Both the position numbers and the translations under genes were made by a program. From assembly GCA_031291875.1 (NCBI GenBank), contig JARLIE010000040.1, forward strand, positions 67,011-131,010: 64,000 nt of DNA, in the 5' to 3' direction. Under the pieces are notes generated by a model, which saw only the letters and a list, made by a program, of their open reading frames with translations, was not told the DNA's origin and did no database searches. Within the stretch, counting starts at the first letter, position 1, and every line of letters begins with the position of its first letter. Origin of the DNA: Minisyncoccota bacterium (GTDB lineage Bacteria; Patescibacteriota; Minisyncoccia; Phycocordibacterales; UBA2100). Positions 9,109 to 19,545 of the stretch are shown in pieces.

Positions 9109-10757
9109 TAGACACCACCACCAGCACCGGATTGCGCAAATGGATGCCGCTTGTCGTCCTCGCGTTTGCGCTCCTCATCATTATTCTCGACACCACGATC
9201 TTGAACGTGTCTTTGCGCACGATCATCATCGATTTGCATACCAACATCCAAGGCATTCAATGGGTTATCACCGCCTACTCGCTCATGCTTGCCGCATTCA
9301 CGATTACCGGCGGTAGACTCGGCGACCTCTTCGGACGCAAGCGAATGTTTATTCTCGGGGCGTCCATATTCGCGCTGGGATCTTTTATTACCTCGATCAG
9401 CACGTCGGTGGGCATGATGATTCTCGGCGAAGCCATCATTGAAGGTATTGGCGCGGCTCTTATGATACCCGCCACCACATCGCTTCTCGTTTCCAATTAC
9501 CAGGGTCGCGATCGCCAAATTGGCTTTGGCGTTTGGGGCGGTATAGCGGGCGCAGGTGCCGCGCTCGGCCCTGTCGTGGGCGGCTTTCTCACCACGTACT
9601 ATTCGTGGCGCTGGGCGTTTCGTATCAACCTCGTTGTTGCGGCACTGCTCGTGCTCGGCTCGTTCGTCATCAAAGAAGCGCGAGATACGAAAGAGAAACC
9701 GCAGCTCGATTATCTCGGCGTCGTGCTCTCCTCGCTCGCAATGTTCCTCATAGTGTTCGGTGTTATCGAGTCTTCCAGTTACGGCTGGCTCGCAGCAAAG
9801 CAGGTGTTCACGATCGGATCGGTATCGTTCGGCTTTCTCGGCAGCGTCTCTATCGTCGTTCCGAGCATCGCGCTGGGTTTACTTTTGCTCGGAACGTTCG
9901 CACTTTGGCAGGGTCGTCGTGAAAAGAGCGGCAAGACGCCGCTCGTATCGCTCGCACTCTTTAAAAACTCCGTGTTTATTCGAAGCGCTATGATCGTCGC
10001 CATCCTCTCGCTGGGGCAGGCCGGTGTCAGCTTTGCGCTCCCTGTTTTCTTCCAGAGCGTGCTCGGGCTTTCTGCCGTACAAACGGGCGTTGCGATGCTC
10101 CCGATGTCGCTCACACTGCTCGCGGTTTCGTTTTTCACGGCATACCTTTCGAAGTTCGTGACTCCGAAGCGGATTATCCAAGTGGCACTCATGGTAGACG
10201 CGGTGGCCTTTTGGGCCCTTAGTTTTGGCGTCGGGACTGGGAGTGGCGCGTGGGCGCTCGTGCCGGGATTACTACTCTTTGGTCTTGGAATGGGTCTGCT
10301 TATGTCGCAAGCAAGCAACATGACGCTCTCGGCCGTCTCCGTGAAGCAATCTGGAGAAGCCTCGGGTGTGAACAGCACCCTGCGCCAACTCGGCGCATCA
10401 CTCGGCTCCGCGATCATGGGGGCGGTGCTACTCACCACGCTGAGTTCCAATCTTGCAACTGGTGTGCAGACCTCTTCGGTCATTCCTGCTAATGAAAAAC
10501 CTGGCATCATCCAAACCGTGCAAAGCGAGACGTCGAGCATTGAATTCGGAAGCGGATCCGGAGCGGCGACTATCGGCATCCCGCCCTCGCTTGGAAACGA
10601 AATTGCTTCGATTTCCAAAACCGCAACGACAAACGCCAGCCGCGATACGCTTCTCGTTGGCATCATCTTTGCTGTGCTTGCATTCATTCTTTCGCTGCGG
10701 CTCCCGAATCGAAAATCGGTAGTACCGGAACCTGCGATCGCGACAGCGGGACACTAA
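9105..10757 (+). CDS. MFS drug:H+ antiporter, DHA2 (EmrB/QacA) family, 14 TM
   Basis: 550 aa with the GDLFGRKRMFILG motif and 14 hydrophobic segments. 4-nt overlap with marR stop. Confidence 0.8.
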   Translation: MIDTTTSTGLRKWMPLVVLAFALLIIILDTTILNVSLRTIIIDLHTNIQGIQWVITAYSLMLAAFTITGGRLGDLFGRKRMFILGASIFALGSFITSISTSVGMMILGEAIIEGIGAALMIPATTSLLVSNYQGRDRQIGFGVWGGIAGAGAALGPVVGGFLTTYYSWRWAFRINLVVAALLVLGSFVIKEARDTKEKPQLDYLGVVLSSLAMFLIVFGVIESSSYGWLAAKQVFTIGSVSFGFLGSVSIVVPSIALGLLLLGTFALWQGRREKSGKTPLVSLALFKNSVFIRSAMIVAILSLGQAGVSFALPVFFQSVLGLSAVQTGVAMLPMSLTLLAVSFFTAYLSKFVTPKRIIQVALMVDAVAFWALSFGVGTGSGAWALVPGLLLFGLGMGLLMSQASNMTLSAVSVKQSGEASGVNSTLRQLGASLGSAIMGAVLLTTLSSNLATGVQTSSVIPANEKPGIIQTVQSETSSIEFGSGSGAATIGIPPSLGNEIASISKTATTNASRDTLLVGIIFAVLAFILSLRLPNRKSVVPEPAIATAGH

Positions 10758-10780
10758 AGTCCTCTAAAAGGGGCTAAAAA

Positions 10781-10811
10781 TAGCACGCACTGTGCGTGCT
10801 ATTCTTTTTTC
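10781..10811 (+). terminator. palindromic hairpin + T-tract abutting the cydA start
   Basis: Perfect 10-bp inverted repeat TAGCACGCAC-t-GTGCGTGCTA followed by TTCTTTTTTC, then ATG of cydA at 10812. Confidence 0.5.
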
Positions 10812-12176
10812 ATGAGCCCGCTCATTCTCTCGCGAATACAATTCGGCGATACGGCCGCATTCCATATTCTCTGGCCGGTTATGTCGATCGGCATCGCGCT
10901 CTATATGGTTGTCATGGAGTCCATGTGGCTCTATACCAAAGAAGAATCGTACTACCGTCAGTTGCGTTTTTGGACAAAAATCTTTGTGCTCACGTTCGCC
11001 ATTGGCACCGCGAGCGGCCTGCCACTTTCGCTCGAATTCGGAACCAATTGGTCGCAGTTCGCGCAGGCGGCCGGTGATTTTATGGGTAATATTCTTGGGT
11101 TTGAAACTACGATCGCTTTCGCGCTTGAATCGGCATTTCTCGCGATACTTATATTCGGCTGGAAGCGGGTTCATCCGCTCATGCACCTTTTTTCGACCTT
11201 TATGGTCTTTATCGGTGCCTCGATCTCAGCCTTTTGGATCATGGTCGCCAACTCCTGGATGCAGGTGCCCGAGGGAATAACCGTTCAAAACGGACTCATC
11301 GTCGTTACGAACTACTCGCAGGCTATTTTTAATCCCGACTCCGTTGTTTCGTTTATGCACATGATGGGCGCGTGCGTCGAATCCTCGCTCTTCCTTATCG
11401 GCGGCATCGCGGCATGGCAACTACTAACAACTGAAGCGGGTCCGGTTCGAGATTTCTTTCGACAAACACTCGTGTATTGTCTTGCGATCGCGCTCTTTGT
11501 CGCGCCGCTGCAGGTAGTGATTGGTGACATGAGCGGACTCGTCGTCGCTCAGTATCAGCCGGAGAAGTTGGCGGCGCTTGAATTACAGTGGGACACGAAC
11601 GCTCCGGGTGAGGGAGCGGCATGGGATGTGGTCGCATGGCCGAATTCGACCAACAATGGTAACGCATTCGCCGTTTCGATCCCCAATGGATTGAGTCTCC
11701 TCACGACGCATTCGATGGAGGGGACGGTGCAAGGATTGAACGATTTTCAGGCAAGCGATCGACCAAGCGAAATGGAAGCCGTCATTACGTTTTATGGTTT
11801 TCGCTTGATGATGGTGATTGGTTTTTTGCTTGTCGCGCTCGCGCTCTGGAGCATCGTTTTGTGGTGGAAAGGGGGATTGTCGTCCGAGCGTATTGCACGT
11901 CATCGTGCTTGGCTTAGATGCTGGGTCGCGTCGATTCCGCTTGGTTTTATCGCGACGGAAGCTGGTTGGATGGTGCGCGAGATCGGTAGGCAACCCTGGA
12001 CCGTATATCACTTGATGCGTACCGCAGACAGCGTCTCAATCGGACTCACCAGTTACGAGGTAGGCACGACGACGCTCGTTGTTACCGCCGCTTACCTGGT
12101 ATTTGCTGGCGTATTCATCTATCTAAGTTATCGAATCGTTCGATCCGGTCCGGATCTCGTATCGCCGCTGCCATGA
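10812..12176 (+). CDS. cydA: cytochrome bd ubiquinol oxidase subunit I
   Basis: N-terminus LSRIQFGDTAAFHILWPVMSIGIALYM and Q-loop GWMVREIGRQPW match CydA. Confidence 0.85.
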   Translation: MSPLILSRIQFGDTAAFHILWPVMSIGIALYMVVMESMWLYTKEESYYRQLRFWTKIFVLTFAIGTASGLPLSLEFGTNWSQFAQAAGDFMGNILGFETTIAFALESAFLAILIFGWKRVHPLMHLFSTFMVFIGASISAFWIMVANSWMQVPEGITVQNGLIVVTNYSQAIFNPDSVVSFMHMMGACVESSLFLIGGIAAWQLLTTEAGPVRDFFRQTLVYCLAIALFVAPLQVVIGDMSGLVVAQYQPEKLAALELQWDTNAPGEGAAWDVVAWPNSTNNGNAFAVSIPNGLSLLTTHSMEGTVQGLNDFQASDRPSEMEAVITFYGFRLMMVIGFLLVALALWSIVLWWKGGLSSERIARHRAWLRCWVASIPLGFIATEAGWMVREIGRQPWTVYHLMRTADSVSIGLTSYEVGTTTLVVTAAYLVFAGVFIYLSYRIVRSGPDLVSPLP

Positions 12177-13165
12177 CCCCGACGCTACTCGCCCAAATTT
12201 GGTTCGCGATCATCTGCCTCGAAGCGGCCTTGTACGTGGTACTGGATGGCGGCAATCTAGGAATCGGCATGCTTTCGCTCGTGCCGCAGCCCGAACACGA
12301 GCGAGAAACGATCATGCGAGCGTTCGGGCCGATGTGGGATGCCAACGAGACATGGCTGCTTATCGCGGCCGCGACGACCTACGGCGCATTTCCTATGGTG
12401 TACAGCATCGCGCTCAATGCGCTCTATATTCCTGCATTCGTTTTCGGCGTCGGATTGGTACTGCGTGTTGCTTCGTACGAGTTTTATTGCAGCAGCGGAC
12501 AGCGGCTTTGGCGATTTCTCTTTGGGGTGGCGAGCCTCCTCGCTGTCGTGGGGCAGGGGTTTCTTCTGGGTGGTTTCATCAGCGGTATCTCGATTGCGAA
12601 CGGTCACTTTGCGGGTGGACCTTTAGACTGGGCGACGCCGGTTACCGCACTCTTTACGCTAGGCATCGTATTTGGCTACCTCGTGCTCGGTTATACGCGC
12701 CTTATCAACTTCGCGTCATACGAACTTTCGCCGAACGCGCTGCTCCAACTCTCGAGTGCGACCGTCATCGCCGCGTGCGCACTTATCGCCGGCGCGCTCC
12801 TTCTTCCGCATGCCAATTATCTGTATTTCGACCGCTGGACGGTACTACCAAGCGCATACATTCTCTATGTCATAGCCGCATGTATTGCGATTGTTTGCGC
12901 GGCGTTTGCGTACAACGTACTCACGAAGACCCACGTGCGAGAGTTGTATTACCTCAGTATGGCGATTTTCGCGCTCGGGTTTGTCGGCATGATCGTCGGT
13001 GTCTATCCGTATATTTTGCCGCCGAACGTCACTATCTTCGAGGCGGCCTCATCACCGGCAACGCAAGTGTTCATGCTTTGGGGGATCGGTCCGATTTTGC
13101 CGATAGTTCTCGTCTACAACTATTACATTCGCCGAATTTTCCGGCAGGACGGACCCGAATATTGA
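12173..13165 (+). CDS. cydB: cytochrome bd ubiquinol oxidase subunit II
   Basis: 330-aa polytopic protein. 4-nt overlap with cydA. N-terminus ...VVLDGGNLGIGML is typical of CydB. Confidence 0.8.
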   Translation: MTPTLLAQIWFAIICLEAALYVVLDGGNLGIGMLSLVPQPEHERETIMRAFGPMWDANETWLLIAAATTYGAFPMVYSIALNALYIPAFVFGVGLVLRVASYEFYCSSGQRLWRFLFGVASLLAVVGQGFLLGGFISGISIANGHFAGGPLDWATPVTALFTLGIVFGYLVLGYTRLINFASYELSPNALLQLSSATVIAACALIAGALLLPHANYLYFDRWTVLPSAYILYVIAACIAIVCAAFAYNVLTKTHVRELYYLSMAIFALGFVGMIVGVYPYILPPNVTIFEAASSPATQVFMLWGIGPILPIVLVYNYYIRRIFRQDGPEY

Positions 13166-13185
13166 AATCCCTCAGGAGGTACCTA

Positions 13186-13605
13186 CTACTGCGCGATTTT
13201 TTGCAGCAAAGTATTGAGCGTTGCTTTCTCGTGCTCGGAAAGGTTTGAAAGTTGGAGTGCGTTTGAACTCTCGATGCGCGTGACAATCTCTTCTCGCAAA
13301 GCGAGGCCCTTTTCTGTCAGCATAATCGTTTTGACGCGACGATCCGTCGGATTTTCCGCGCGCTCAAGGTAGGAGGCTCCGACGAGCTTGTCGACGATAC
13401 CGGTTACATTCGAAGGGTCGCAGCTTAAGATTGTCGAAATCGAGTGCATGGGAACCTGCACGTGATCTTCCAAGAAAAGCACCGTGTAGAGCTGCATGAC
13501 GGAGAGGTCGTACTCTTCGGCGATACGAATAAGTTCTTTTTTGGCCTGCAGAGAAATCTTCAGGAGAAGCCAGCTTGTGCTTTCTTTGACGGCAGGGGAG
13601 TTCAT
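13186..13605 (-). CDS. MarR-family transcriptional regulator
   Basis: 139 aa, wHTH with DRR motif (ERAENPTDRRVKTIMLTEKG). Divergent from the MFS gene. Confidence 0.7.
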   Translation of the reverse strand: MNSPAVKESTSWLLLKISLQAKKELIRIAEEYDLSVMQLYTVLFLEDHVQVPMHSISTILSCDPSNVTGIVDKLVGASYLERAENPTDRRVKTIMLTEKGLALREEIVTRIESSNALQLSNLSEHEKATLNTLLQKIAQ

Positions 13606-13691
13606 ACAAGCACTATACGACTTTGATTGACCTAGTCAATACATGGGAACTTCACTTGTTGAATAGTAAAATATTTGATATACTCAAGTAT

Positions 13692-15140
13692 ATGGCTACT
13701 CACACCAAACAAGGGCGTTCGCCCTGGATCGTCTTTTTACTCGTAACCGTGGCTCAGTTCATGGTTGTTTTGGACATTTCAATCACGAATGTTGCGTTGC
13801 CAGTCATCAAATCTCAGCTCAATTTTACCGATAGCTCGCTGCAATGGGTGATCACGGCTTATGCGCTTGCCTTCGGCGGATTCCTCCTTCTAGGTGGTCG
13901 CGCAGCCGACCTTTACGGACGACGAACCGTCCTCCTGACCGGTCTCATCGCGTTCAGCTCGACCTCGTTCCTGATCGGCATGTCCTCGTCGGCAGCTGAG
14001 TTGATAGTTTTGCGAGCAATTCAAGGTCTTGCAGCCGCGTTTATGTCTCCCTCCGCACTCTCAATCGTGCTTACGACCTTCGGCGAAGGACCGGATCGCA
14101 ACCGCGCGCTCGCGTATTGGACTCTTGTCGCGACAGGGGGTGCAGCTGTCGGATTACTACTCGGCGGCTTTCTCACTGAATTCGTCAACTGGCGTTGGAA
14201 CTTTTTTATCAACGTTCCGATCGGTATCGTCGATGCAATCTTAATCTTGCGTATGGTTCCGAAACACGAAAAAGAAGAGCGCAATAAAAGTCTCGATTTG
14301 CCGGGAGCAACACTCGTCACTTCTAGCTTGATCGCGTTCGTCTTCGGATTCAGCCAGGGTCCGGCATGGGGATGGCTTTCGTTCCCGGTGCTCGGCGTCC
14401 TGGGGCTCGCCGTCTTGCTGCTCGTGGGATTCATCTACAACGAGTCTCGAAGCTCGCACCCGCTCATGCCGCTTTCGATCTTTAAGATTCGAAACGTAAG
14501 CGGCGCCAATCTCATGATGGCTCCGATTTACGCGGGTATGTTGGGAACCTTCTTCCTAACGACGCTCTACTTGCAAAACGTGCTCGGCTACTCACCGGCG
14601 ATCGCAGGCTTGAGTTACTTGCCGTTCCCGATCATCCTCGCAGTCATGTCCACCCGTATTCCGAAGCTCGTCGAGCGCTATGGCTTCAAGCGATTCCTCA
14701 TTATCGGTCCGTTACTTGCTGCGGCAGGAATGCTCTTGATGGGGTTCCTTCCGGTCCATGGCGACTATTTCCTCAACCTGCTTCCAACCTTCATTCTCGT
14801 ACCGCTTGGAATGGGAGTGACCTTCATGCCCGTCATCGCGGCAGCGACCTCTGGCGTGCCGGCACACGAAGCGGGGCTTGCCTCTGGTCTCATTACGACC
14901 TCTCAGCAAATGGGCGGCGCGCTCGGACTCTCGATTCTCTCTGGGGTTGCGACTTCGGTCGCGGCTGCGAGCACCGGTTTGGATCCGGCAACCGCGCTCG
15001 TACATGGATTCAATGCGGCATTCTTCACCGCTGCAGGATTTATGTTCTTCGCGATGCTGCTCGGTGCGCTGGTCATCAAACAACCAAAGGGCGCGCAAGG
15101 ACGCGTTTCGGCTCAGCAAATCGCCGAAGCGATGGTGTAA
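13692..15140 (+). CDS. MFS transporter, DHA2 family
   Basis: ATG at 13692 (MATHTKQGRSPWIVF...) preferred over 13623. 14 TM. Motif ADLYGRRTVLLTG. Confidence 0.75.
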   Translation: MATHTKQGRSPWIVFLLVTVAQFMVVLDISITNVALPVIKSQLNFTDSSLQWVITAYALAFGGFLLLGGRAADLYGRRTVLLTGLIAFSSTSFLIGMSSSAAELIVLRAIQGLAAAFMSPSALSIVLTTFGEGPDRNRALAYWTLVATGGAAVGLLLGGFLTEFVNWRWNFFINVPIGIVDAILILRMVPKHEKEERNKSLDLPGATLVTSSLIAFVFGFSQGPAWGWLSFPVLGVLGLAVLLLVGFIYNESRSSHPLMPLSIFKIRNVSGANLMMAPIYAGMLGTFFLTTLYLQNVLGYSPAIAGLSYLPFPIILAVMSTRIPKLVERYGFKRFLIIGPLLAAAGMLLMGFLPVHGDYFLNLLPTFILVPLGMGVTFMPVIAAATSGVPAHEAGLASGLITTSQQMGGALGLSILSGVATSVAAASTGLDPATALVHGFNAAFFTAAGFMFFAMLLGALVIKQPKGAQGRVSAQQIAEAMV

Positions 15141-15143
15141 GGG

Positions 15144-15616
15144 CTACCAGCTCGAAGCAGAGAACGCTCCTTTGAGTAGGGAATCAACACTGTACGTTCG
15201 CCACGATTTGCCTGCGATGAGTGAGAGATGCACAAAGATATAAATGATACCGGTTCCGATATCCGTGGAGCCGGGAGCGTAGGGTCCGCCGAAGCCTTCG
15301 GCTGTCGACCAAATGGCGAGTGCGAGCGCTATGCCGCCCCAGTTGGCGATTCGCGTGAAAATGCCGAAGATAAGGCCGATCGCGATCGCCGTTTCCGCAA
15401 ACGCAACGACTAAAGCGAACGTGTGCGGTTGGATGTTGGCGACTGTGACCCACAGGTTGATCCAGGTTTGCACGAGCGCTGGTTGGCCTTGCGCGCCGTC
15501 GCTGATGTAACCGACAAAATTATCCTGGAACGCGGGTAACCATTTGAACATCGCGTCGATACCCCAGACACACCCAAATGCGATTCGCAGCAATGCGAAG
15601 CTTTTGTCCTGAGCAC
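15144..15616 (-). CDS. DoxX-family membrane protein
   Basis: Start MQASAQDKSFALLRIAFG... chosen at the internal ATG. 4 TM. DoxX-like LRIAFG...W motif. Divergent from cyoA. Confidence 0.5.
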
Positions 15617-15678
15617 TGGCTTGCATGGCTCCAGTATAGCCCGAATGCTGGCTAGCTGCGGTGCTACACTGAAGAGAC

Positions 15679-16587
15679 ATGCGTCGCTCGACGATCGTTC
15701 TCTTGAGTATTTTTGTGCTCGCGCTTGCAGCAGCGACGTTCCTCTATGTCCGAAGTGCAACCATAGCCGTGCTCGATCCGGCTGGTCCCGTCGCCCTCGC
15801 CGAGAAAAACATCATCATTACGGCGACGTTTTTGTGTGCGCTGGTCGTTGTGCCGGTTTTCTTTTTGTTGTTTTTCTTTGCATGGAAGTATCGGGCCGAC
15901 AGTCCGCAGGCACAGCAATCCCACAAGCCGGATTGGGACCATGACAGCATTCTCGCGGAAGTGATTTGGTGGCTTGTTCCGGCCGTAATTATCGCTATCC
16001 TCGGCGTCATCGCGTGGAATAGTTCGCACGCGCTCGACCCGTATCGACCGCTCGAATCCGACGTTGCCACAATACCGATCGACGTCGTCGCGCTCGACTG
16101 GAAATGGCTCTTTATCTATCCGCAACAGGGAATCGCGAGCGTAAATCTTGTCGAATTTCCCGCAGGAACGCCGGTGCATTTCTATCTGACGGCAGACGCA
16201 CCGATGAACACGTTTTGGATACCGCAGCTTGCGGGGCAGGTTATGGTTATGCCCGGCATGACAACGCAGCTTAACCTGGCAGCGAGCAAAACGGGGGATT
16301 TCAACGGCTTCTCCGGAAACATCAGCGGAAAAGGATTTTCGGGCATGGCGTTTACCGCTCGTGCGGTAGATCAGCAAACGTTCAATACTTGGATCGCTTC
16401 AATAAAAGCTTCTTCGACACCGCTTACGCAAGAAGCCTACATAATGTTGGCGGCGCCAAGTGAATATAATCCGGTCGCGTATTACGACCTCGCGGAACCA
16501 AATCTCTTTGGTGCGATAGAATCCACCTATATGAATCCCGGATCGGCGATGCCGCAGGTGTCGCAAGGTATGACCGTGACACCATGA
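15679..16587 (+). CDS. cyoA: cytochrome o ubiquinol oxidase subunit II
   Basis: Two N-terminal TM helices plus a cupredoxin-like domain. FWIPQLAGQVMVMPGMTTQLNL...GFSG matches CyoA (quinol oxidase, no CuA ligands). Confidence 0.8.
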   Translation: MRRSTIVLLSIFVLALAAATFLYVRSATIAVLDPAGPVALAEKNIIITATFLCALVVVPVFFLLFFFAWKYRADSPQAQQSHKPDWDHDSILAEVIWWLVPAVIIAILGVIAWNSSHALDPYRPLESDVATIPIDVVALDWKWLFIYPQQGIASVNLVEFPAGTPVHFYLTADAPMNTFWIPQLAGQVMVMPGMTTQLNLAASKTGDFNGFSGNISGKGFSGMAFTARAVDQQTFNTWIASIKASSTPLTQEAYIMLAAPSEYNPVAYYDLAEPNLFGAIESTYMNPGSAMPQVSQGMTVTP

Positions 16588-18563
16588 ACTGGCAAACCTT
16601 GATCTTCGGGAATCTCTCGTGGTCGGTACTGCCCGAAAACGCGATCGCATGGTTCGGTGCGCTTACCGTTATCGCCGGTGTGCTCGCAGTGGTCGGCGTC
16701 GTTACGTATCTGGGCCGCTGGCAGTGGCTTTGGGACGAATGGTTCACATCGCTCGATCCGAAGAAAATCGGCGTTATGTACATCGTTGTCGCTCTCGTTA
16801 TGCTGGTGCGCGGCGGCTCCGACGCGCTCCTCATGCGCGCGCAACAGGCAACCTCGGTCGGCGATTCGTACGGCATTTTGACCTCGACGCACTTTCAAGA
16901 AATTTTCTCGGCGCATGGCTCGATCATGATCTTTTTCCTCGCGATGGGGTTTATGTTCGGACTTATCAACTTGATTGTCCCGCTGCAGATCGGATCGCGG
17001 GACGTCGCGTTCCCGTTTTTGAATTCGCTTAGCTTTTGGCTCTTCTTTGCCGGCGCGGCCCTGATCAACTGCTCACTCATTTTTGGCGATTTTTCTACGG
17101 CAGGTTGGCTCGCGTACCCGCCGCTTTCTGAATTGCGATATTCGCCGACTAGCGGCGTCGATTATTGGATCTGGTCGCTACAGATTGGCGGCCTAGGATC
17201 GCTGCTTTCGGGCGTGAACTTTTTTGCGACCATCGTGAAAATGCGTACGAAGGGGATGAACTGGATGCGTTTGCCGATGTTCAGCTGGACCGTGCTCGGC
17301 TCCATGACCCTCGTTATTTTCGCGTTCCCGATTCTCACCGTCACGCTCGCGCTGCTCTACCTCGATCGCACCGCCGGCATGCACTTTTTCACAGCAGAGC
17401 TCGGCGGCAATATGATGATGTACGTAAACTTGATCTGGGCGTGGGGACATCCGGAGGTGTATATTCTGATTCTTCCGGCCTTTGGCGTCTTTTCGGAAGT
17501 GGTGCCGGTTTTTTCGGGGAAGAAACTCGCCGGGTATACCTCGATGGTATTCTCTGTGTGGGCGATCGTGGTGCTCTCATTTATCGTATGGCTGCACCAC
17601 TTTTTCACGATGGGCGCGGGAGCGGACGTCAATGCGTTCTTCGGTATTATGACGGCCGTCATCGCCGTTCCCACCGGTGTCAAAATTTTCAACTGGCTTT
17701 TCACGATGTACCGCGGTCGCATTCGATTCGAGAGTCCGATGCTGTGGTTTATGGGATTCGTCGTGCTCTTTACGCTCGGCGGGGTCGCGGGTGTCGTGAT
17801 GGCGGAGCCACCGGCCGACTATCAGCTGCACAACTCTCTCTTTCTCGTCGCGCACTTCCACACGATGATCGTCTCCGGCGTGCTGTTCGGGTACTTTGCA
17901 GGGCTCACGTTCTGGTTTCCAAAAATATTCGGATTCAAAATGAACGAAAAGTGGGGGATTCGTGCGTTTTGGTTCTGGCTGATCGGCTTTATTCTCGCGT
18001 TCGGGCCGCTCTACTTGCTTGGCTTTGAGGGTGCGACCAGACGGCTCGACCATTATTCTTCTTCGCTCGGATGGCAGCCCCTTTTTATCGTCGCCGGCAT
18101 CGGTGCGATTTCTATAGCCATCGGTTTTTCATGCCAGGTGGCGCAGCTTGTCGCGACGTTTCGCGACTACAAGCGTAATCGCGTCGGCAACGATCCGTGG
18201 GACGGTCGCACGCTCGAGTGGTCGGTCGCTTCTCCAGCGCCCTCGTACAACTTCGCCGCCCTCCCGATTGTGCACTCGCGCGATGAGTTCTGGGAAGAAA
18301 AACACGGCGCGAGCACCCAGGAGCAAAAATTTGAGGATTTTTCTATGCCAAAAAATACCGGTGCCGCGGTTATTGTCAGTAGTTTTGTGTTCTTGCTGGG
18401 GTTTGGCGCCGTATGGCATATCTGGTGGCTCGTTATCGCCGCGCTGCTTGGTGCAACGATCGCGGTGCTCGTCCATGTTTTCAACGAAGACTCCGAATAC
18501 GCAGTGAGCGGCGCGCAGCTTGCACACCGCGAAGCGGGACTGCAGTATCCGACCAGCCTATGA
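16584..18563 (+). CDS. cyoB: cytochrome o ubiquinol oxidase subunit I (heme-copper oxidase)
   Basis: 659 aa. WAWGHPEVYILILPAFGVFSEVV, HHFFTMG and other heme-copper subunit I signatures. Confidence 0.9.
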   Translation: MNWQTLIFGNLSWSVLPENAIAWFGALTVIAGVLAVVGVVTYLGRWQWLWDEWFTSLDPKKIGVMYIVVALVMLVRGGSDALLMRAQQATSVGDSYGILTSTHFQEIFSAHGSIMIFFLAMGFMFGLINLIVPLQIGSRDVAFPFLNSLSFWLFFAGAALINCSLIFGDFSTAGWLAYPPLSELRYSPTSGVDYWIWSLQIGGLGSLLSGVNFFATIVKMRTKGMNWMRLPMFSWTVLGSMTLVIFAFPILTVTLALLYLDRTAGMHFFTAELGGNMMMYVNLIWAWGHPEVYILILPAFGVFSEVVPVFSGKKLAGYTSMVFSVWAIVVLSFIVWLHHFFTMGAGADVNAFFGIMTAVIAVPTGVKIFNWLFTMYRGRIRFESPMLWFMGFVVLFTLGGVAGVVMAEPPADYQLHNSLFLVAHFHTMIVSGVLFGYFAGLTFWFPKIFGFKMNEKWGIRAFWFWLIGFILAFGPLYLLGFEGATRRLDHYSSSLGWQPLFIVAGIGAISIAIGFSCQVAQLVATFRDYKRNRVGNDPWDGRTLEWSVASPAPSYNFAALPIVHSRDEFWEEKHGASTQEQKFEDFSMPKNTGAAVIVSSFVFLLGFGAVWHIWWLVIAALLGATIAVLVHVFNEDSEYAVSGAQLAHREAGLQYPTSL

Positions 18564-19165
18564 CCGACGAATTCGACCGCAGCGGCATACTTTCCGTCGA
18601 CGAAAAGTCCAAGGACTCGACGATCGTTTTCGGATTTTGGATGTACCTAATGACCGATCTCGTACTCTTCGCGAGCCTCTTTGTCGTTTTCGTCGTACTG
18701 CGTGGGCCCGAGTATGGCGGGGCATCGATCAAAAATACTTTCGATTTGCAGTATGTTTTTATCGAAACGATCGCGCTCTTGGTAAGCAGCTTCACGTGCG
18801 GACTCGCGCTTTTGTTCGCGCGCGAAGGGAATGTTCGGGGCACGGTATCATGGCTCTTAGCCACGTTCGTGCTTGGCGCCGCGTTCGTCGCGATGGAGGT
18901 TTCTGAATTTTCTCGTCTTCTTGCGCAAGGACTCGCACCCGCTCGCGACGGATTTCTCTCCGGTTATTTCACGCTCGTCGGAACGCACGGTGCGCACGTA
19001 ACCGTCGGGCTCCTCTGGCTCCTCGCGATGGTCGTGGCGATTGCCGGCAGGGGACTCTCCCGCGGGAATATGCGCAAGCTCGCGCTCTTTGCGATGTTTT
19101 GGCACTTCCTCGATGTGATCTGGATTTTTATCTTTACCATTGTGTACCTGATGGGCGTGCTATGA
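18560..19165 (+). CDS. cyoC: cytochrome o ubiquinol oxidase subunit III
   Basis: ATG at 18560 overlaps cyoB stop (ATGA). MTDEFDRSG...FGFWMYLMTDLVLFASLF and 5 TM are typical of CyoC. Confidence 0.8.
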   Translation: MTDEFDRSGILSVDEKSKDSTIVFGFWMYLMTDLVLFASLFVVFVVLRGPEYGGASIKNTFDLQYVFIETIALLVSSFTCGLALLFAREGNVRGTVSWLLATFVLGAAFVAMEVSEFSRLLAQGLAPARDGFLSGYFTLVGTHGAHVTVGLLWLLAMVVAIAGRGLSRGNMRKLALFAMFWHFLDVIWIFIFTIVYLMGVL

Positions 19166-19542
19166 AAAACTATTTCGAAGAAATCGGTGCTTGGCCTCGC
19201 TCACACAACATCGCCGGTTCGTACGCCGTCGGCTTCGCGCTCTCGCTCATGCTGACATTCGCGGCGTATGAGTTCGTCGTGCAAAACGCGCTGCCCCATG
19301 GGTGGCTCGTAGCAGTAGTCGTGGGTGCCGCAATTTTGCAGTTCATCGTGCAGGTATATTGTTTTCTCCACATAGGAACCGACTCGAGTACGCGCGAGCG
19401 ACTTTTCGCGCTTTCGTTTGCAGGACTCTTGATGCTGATTCTCGTCTCCGGATCACTCTGGATCATGTTCGATCTCAATGGTCGTATGAGGCCGGATAGC
19501 ACGCAGATGGTGCAATATATGAACGACCAAGGTGGTTTCTAA
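19162..19542 (+). CDS. cyoD: cytochrome o ubiquinol oxidase subunit IV
   Basis: 126 aa, 3 TM. ATGA overlap with cyoC. Position in operon. Confidence 0.65.
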   Translation: MKNYFEEIGAWPRSHNIAGSYAVGFALSLMLTFAAYEFVVQNALPHGWLVAVVVGAAILQFIVQVYCFLHIGTDSSTRERLFALSFAGLLMLILVSGSLWIMFDLNGRMRPDSTQMVQYMNDQGGF

Positions 19543-19545
19543 CCT

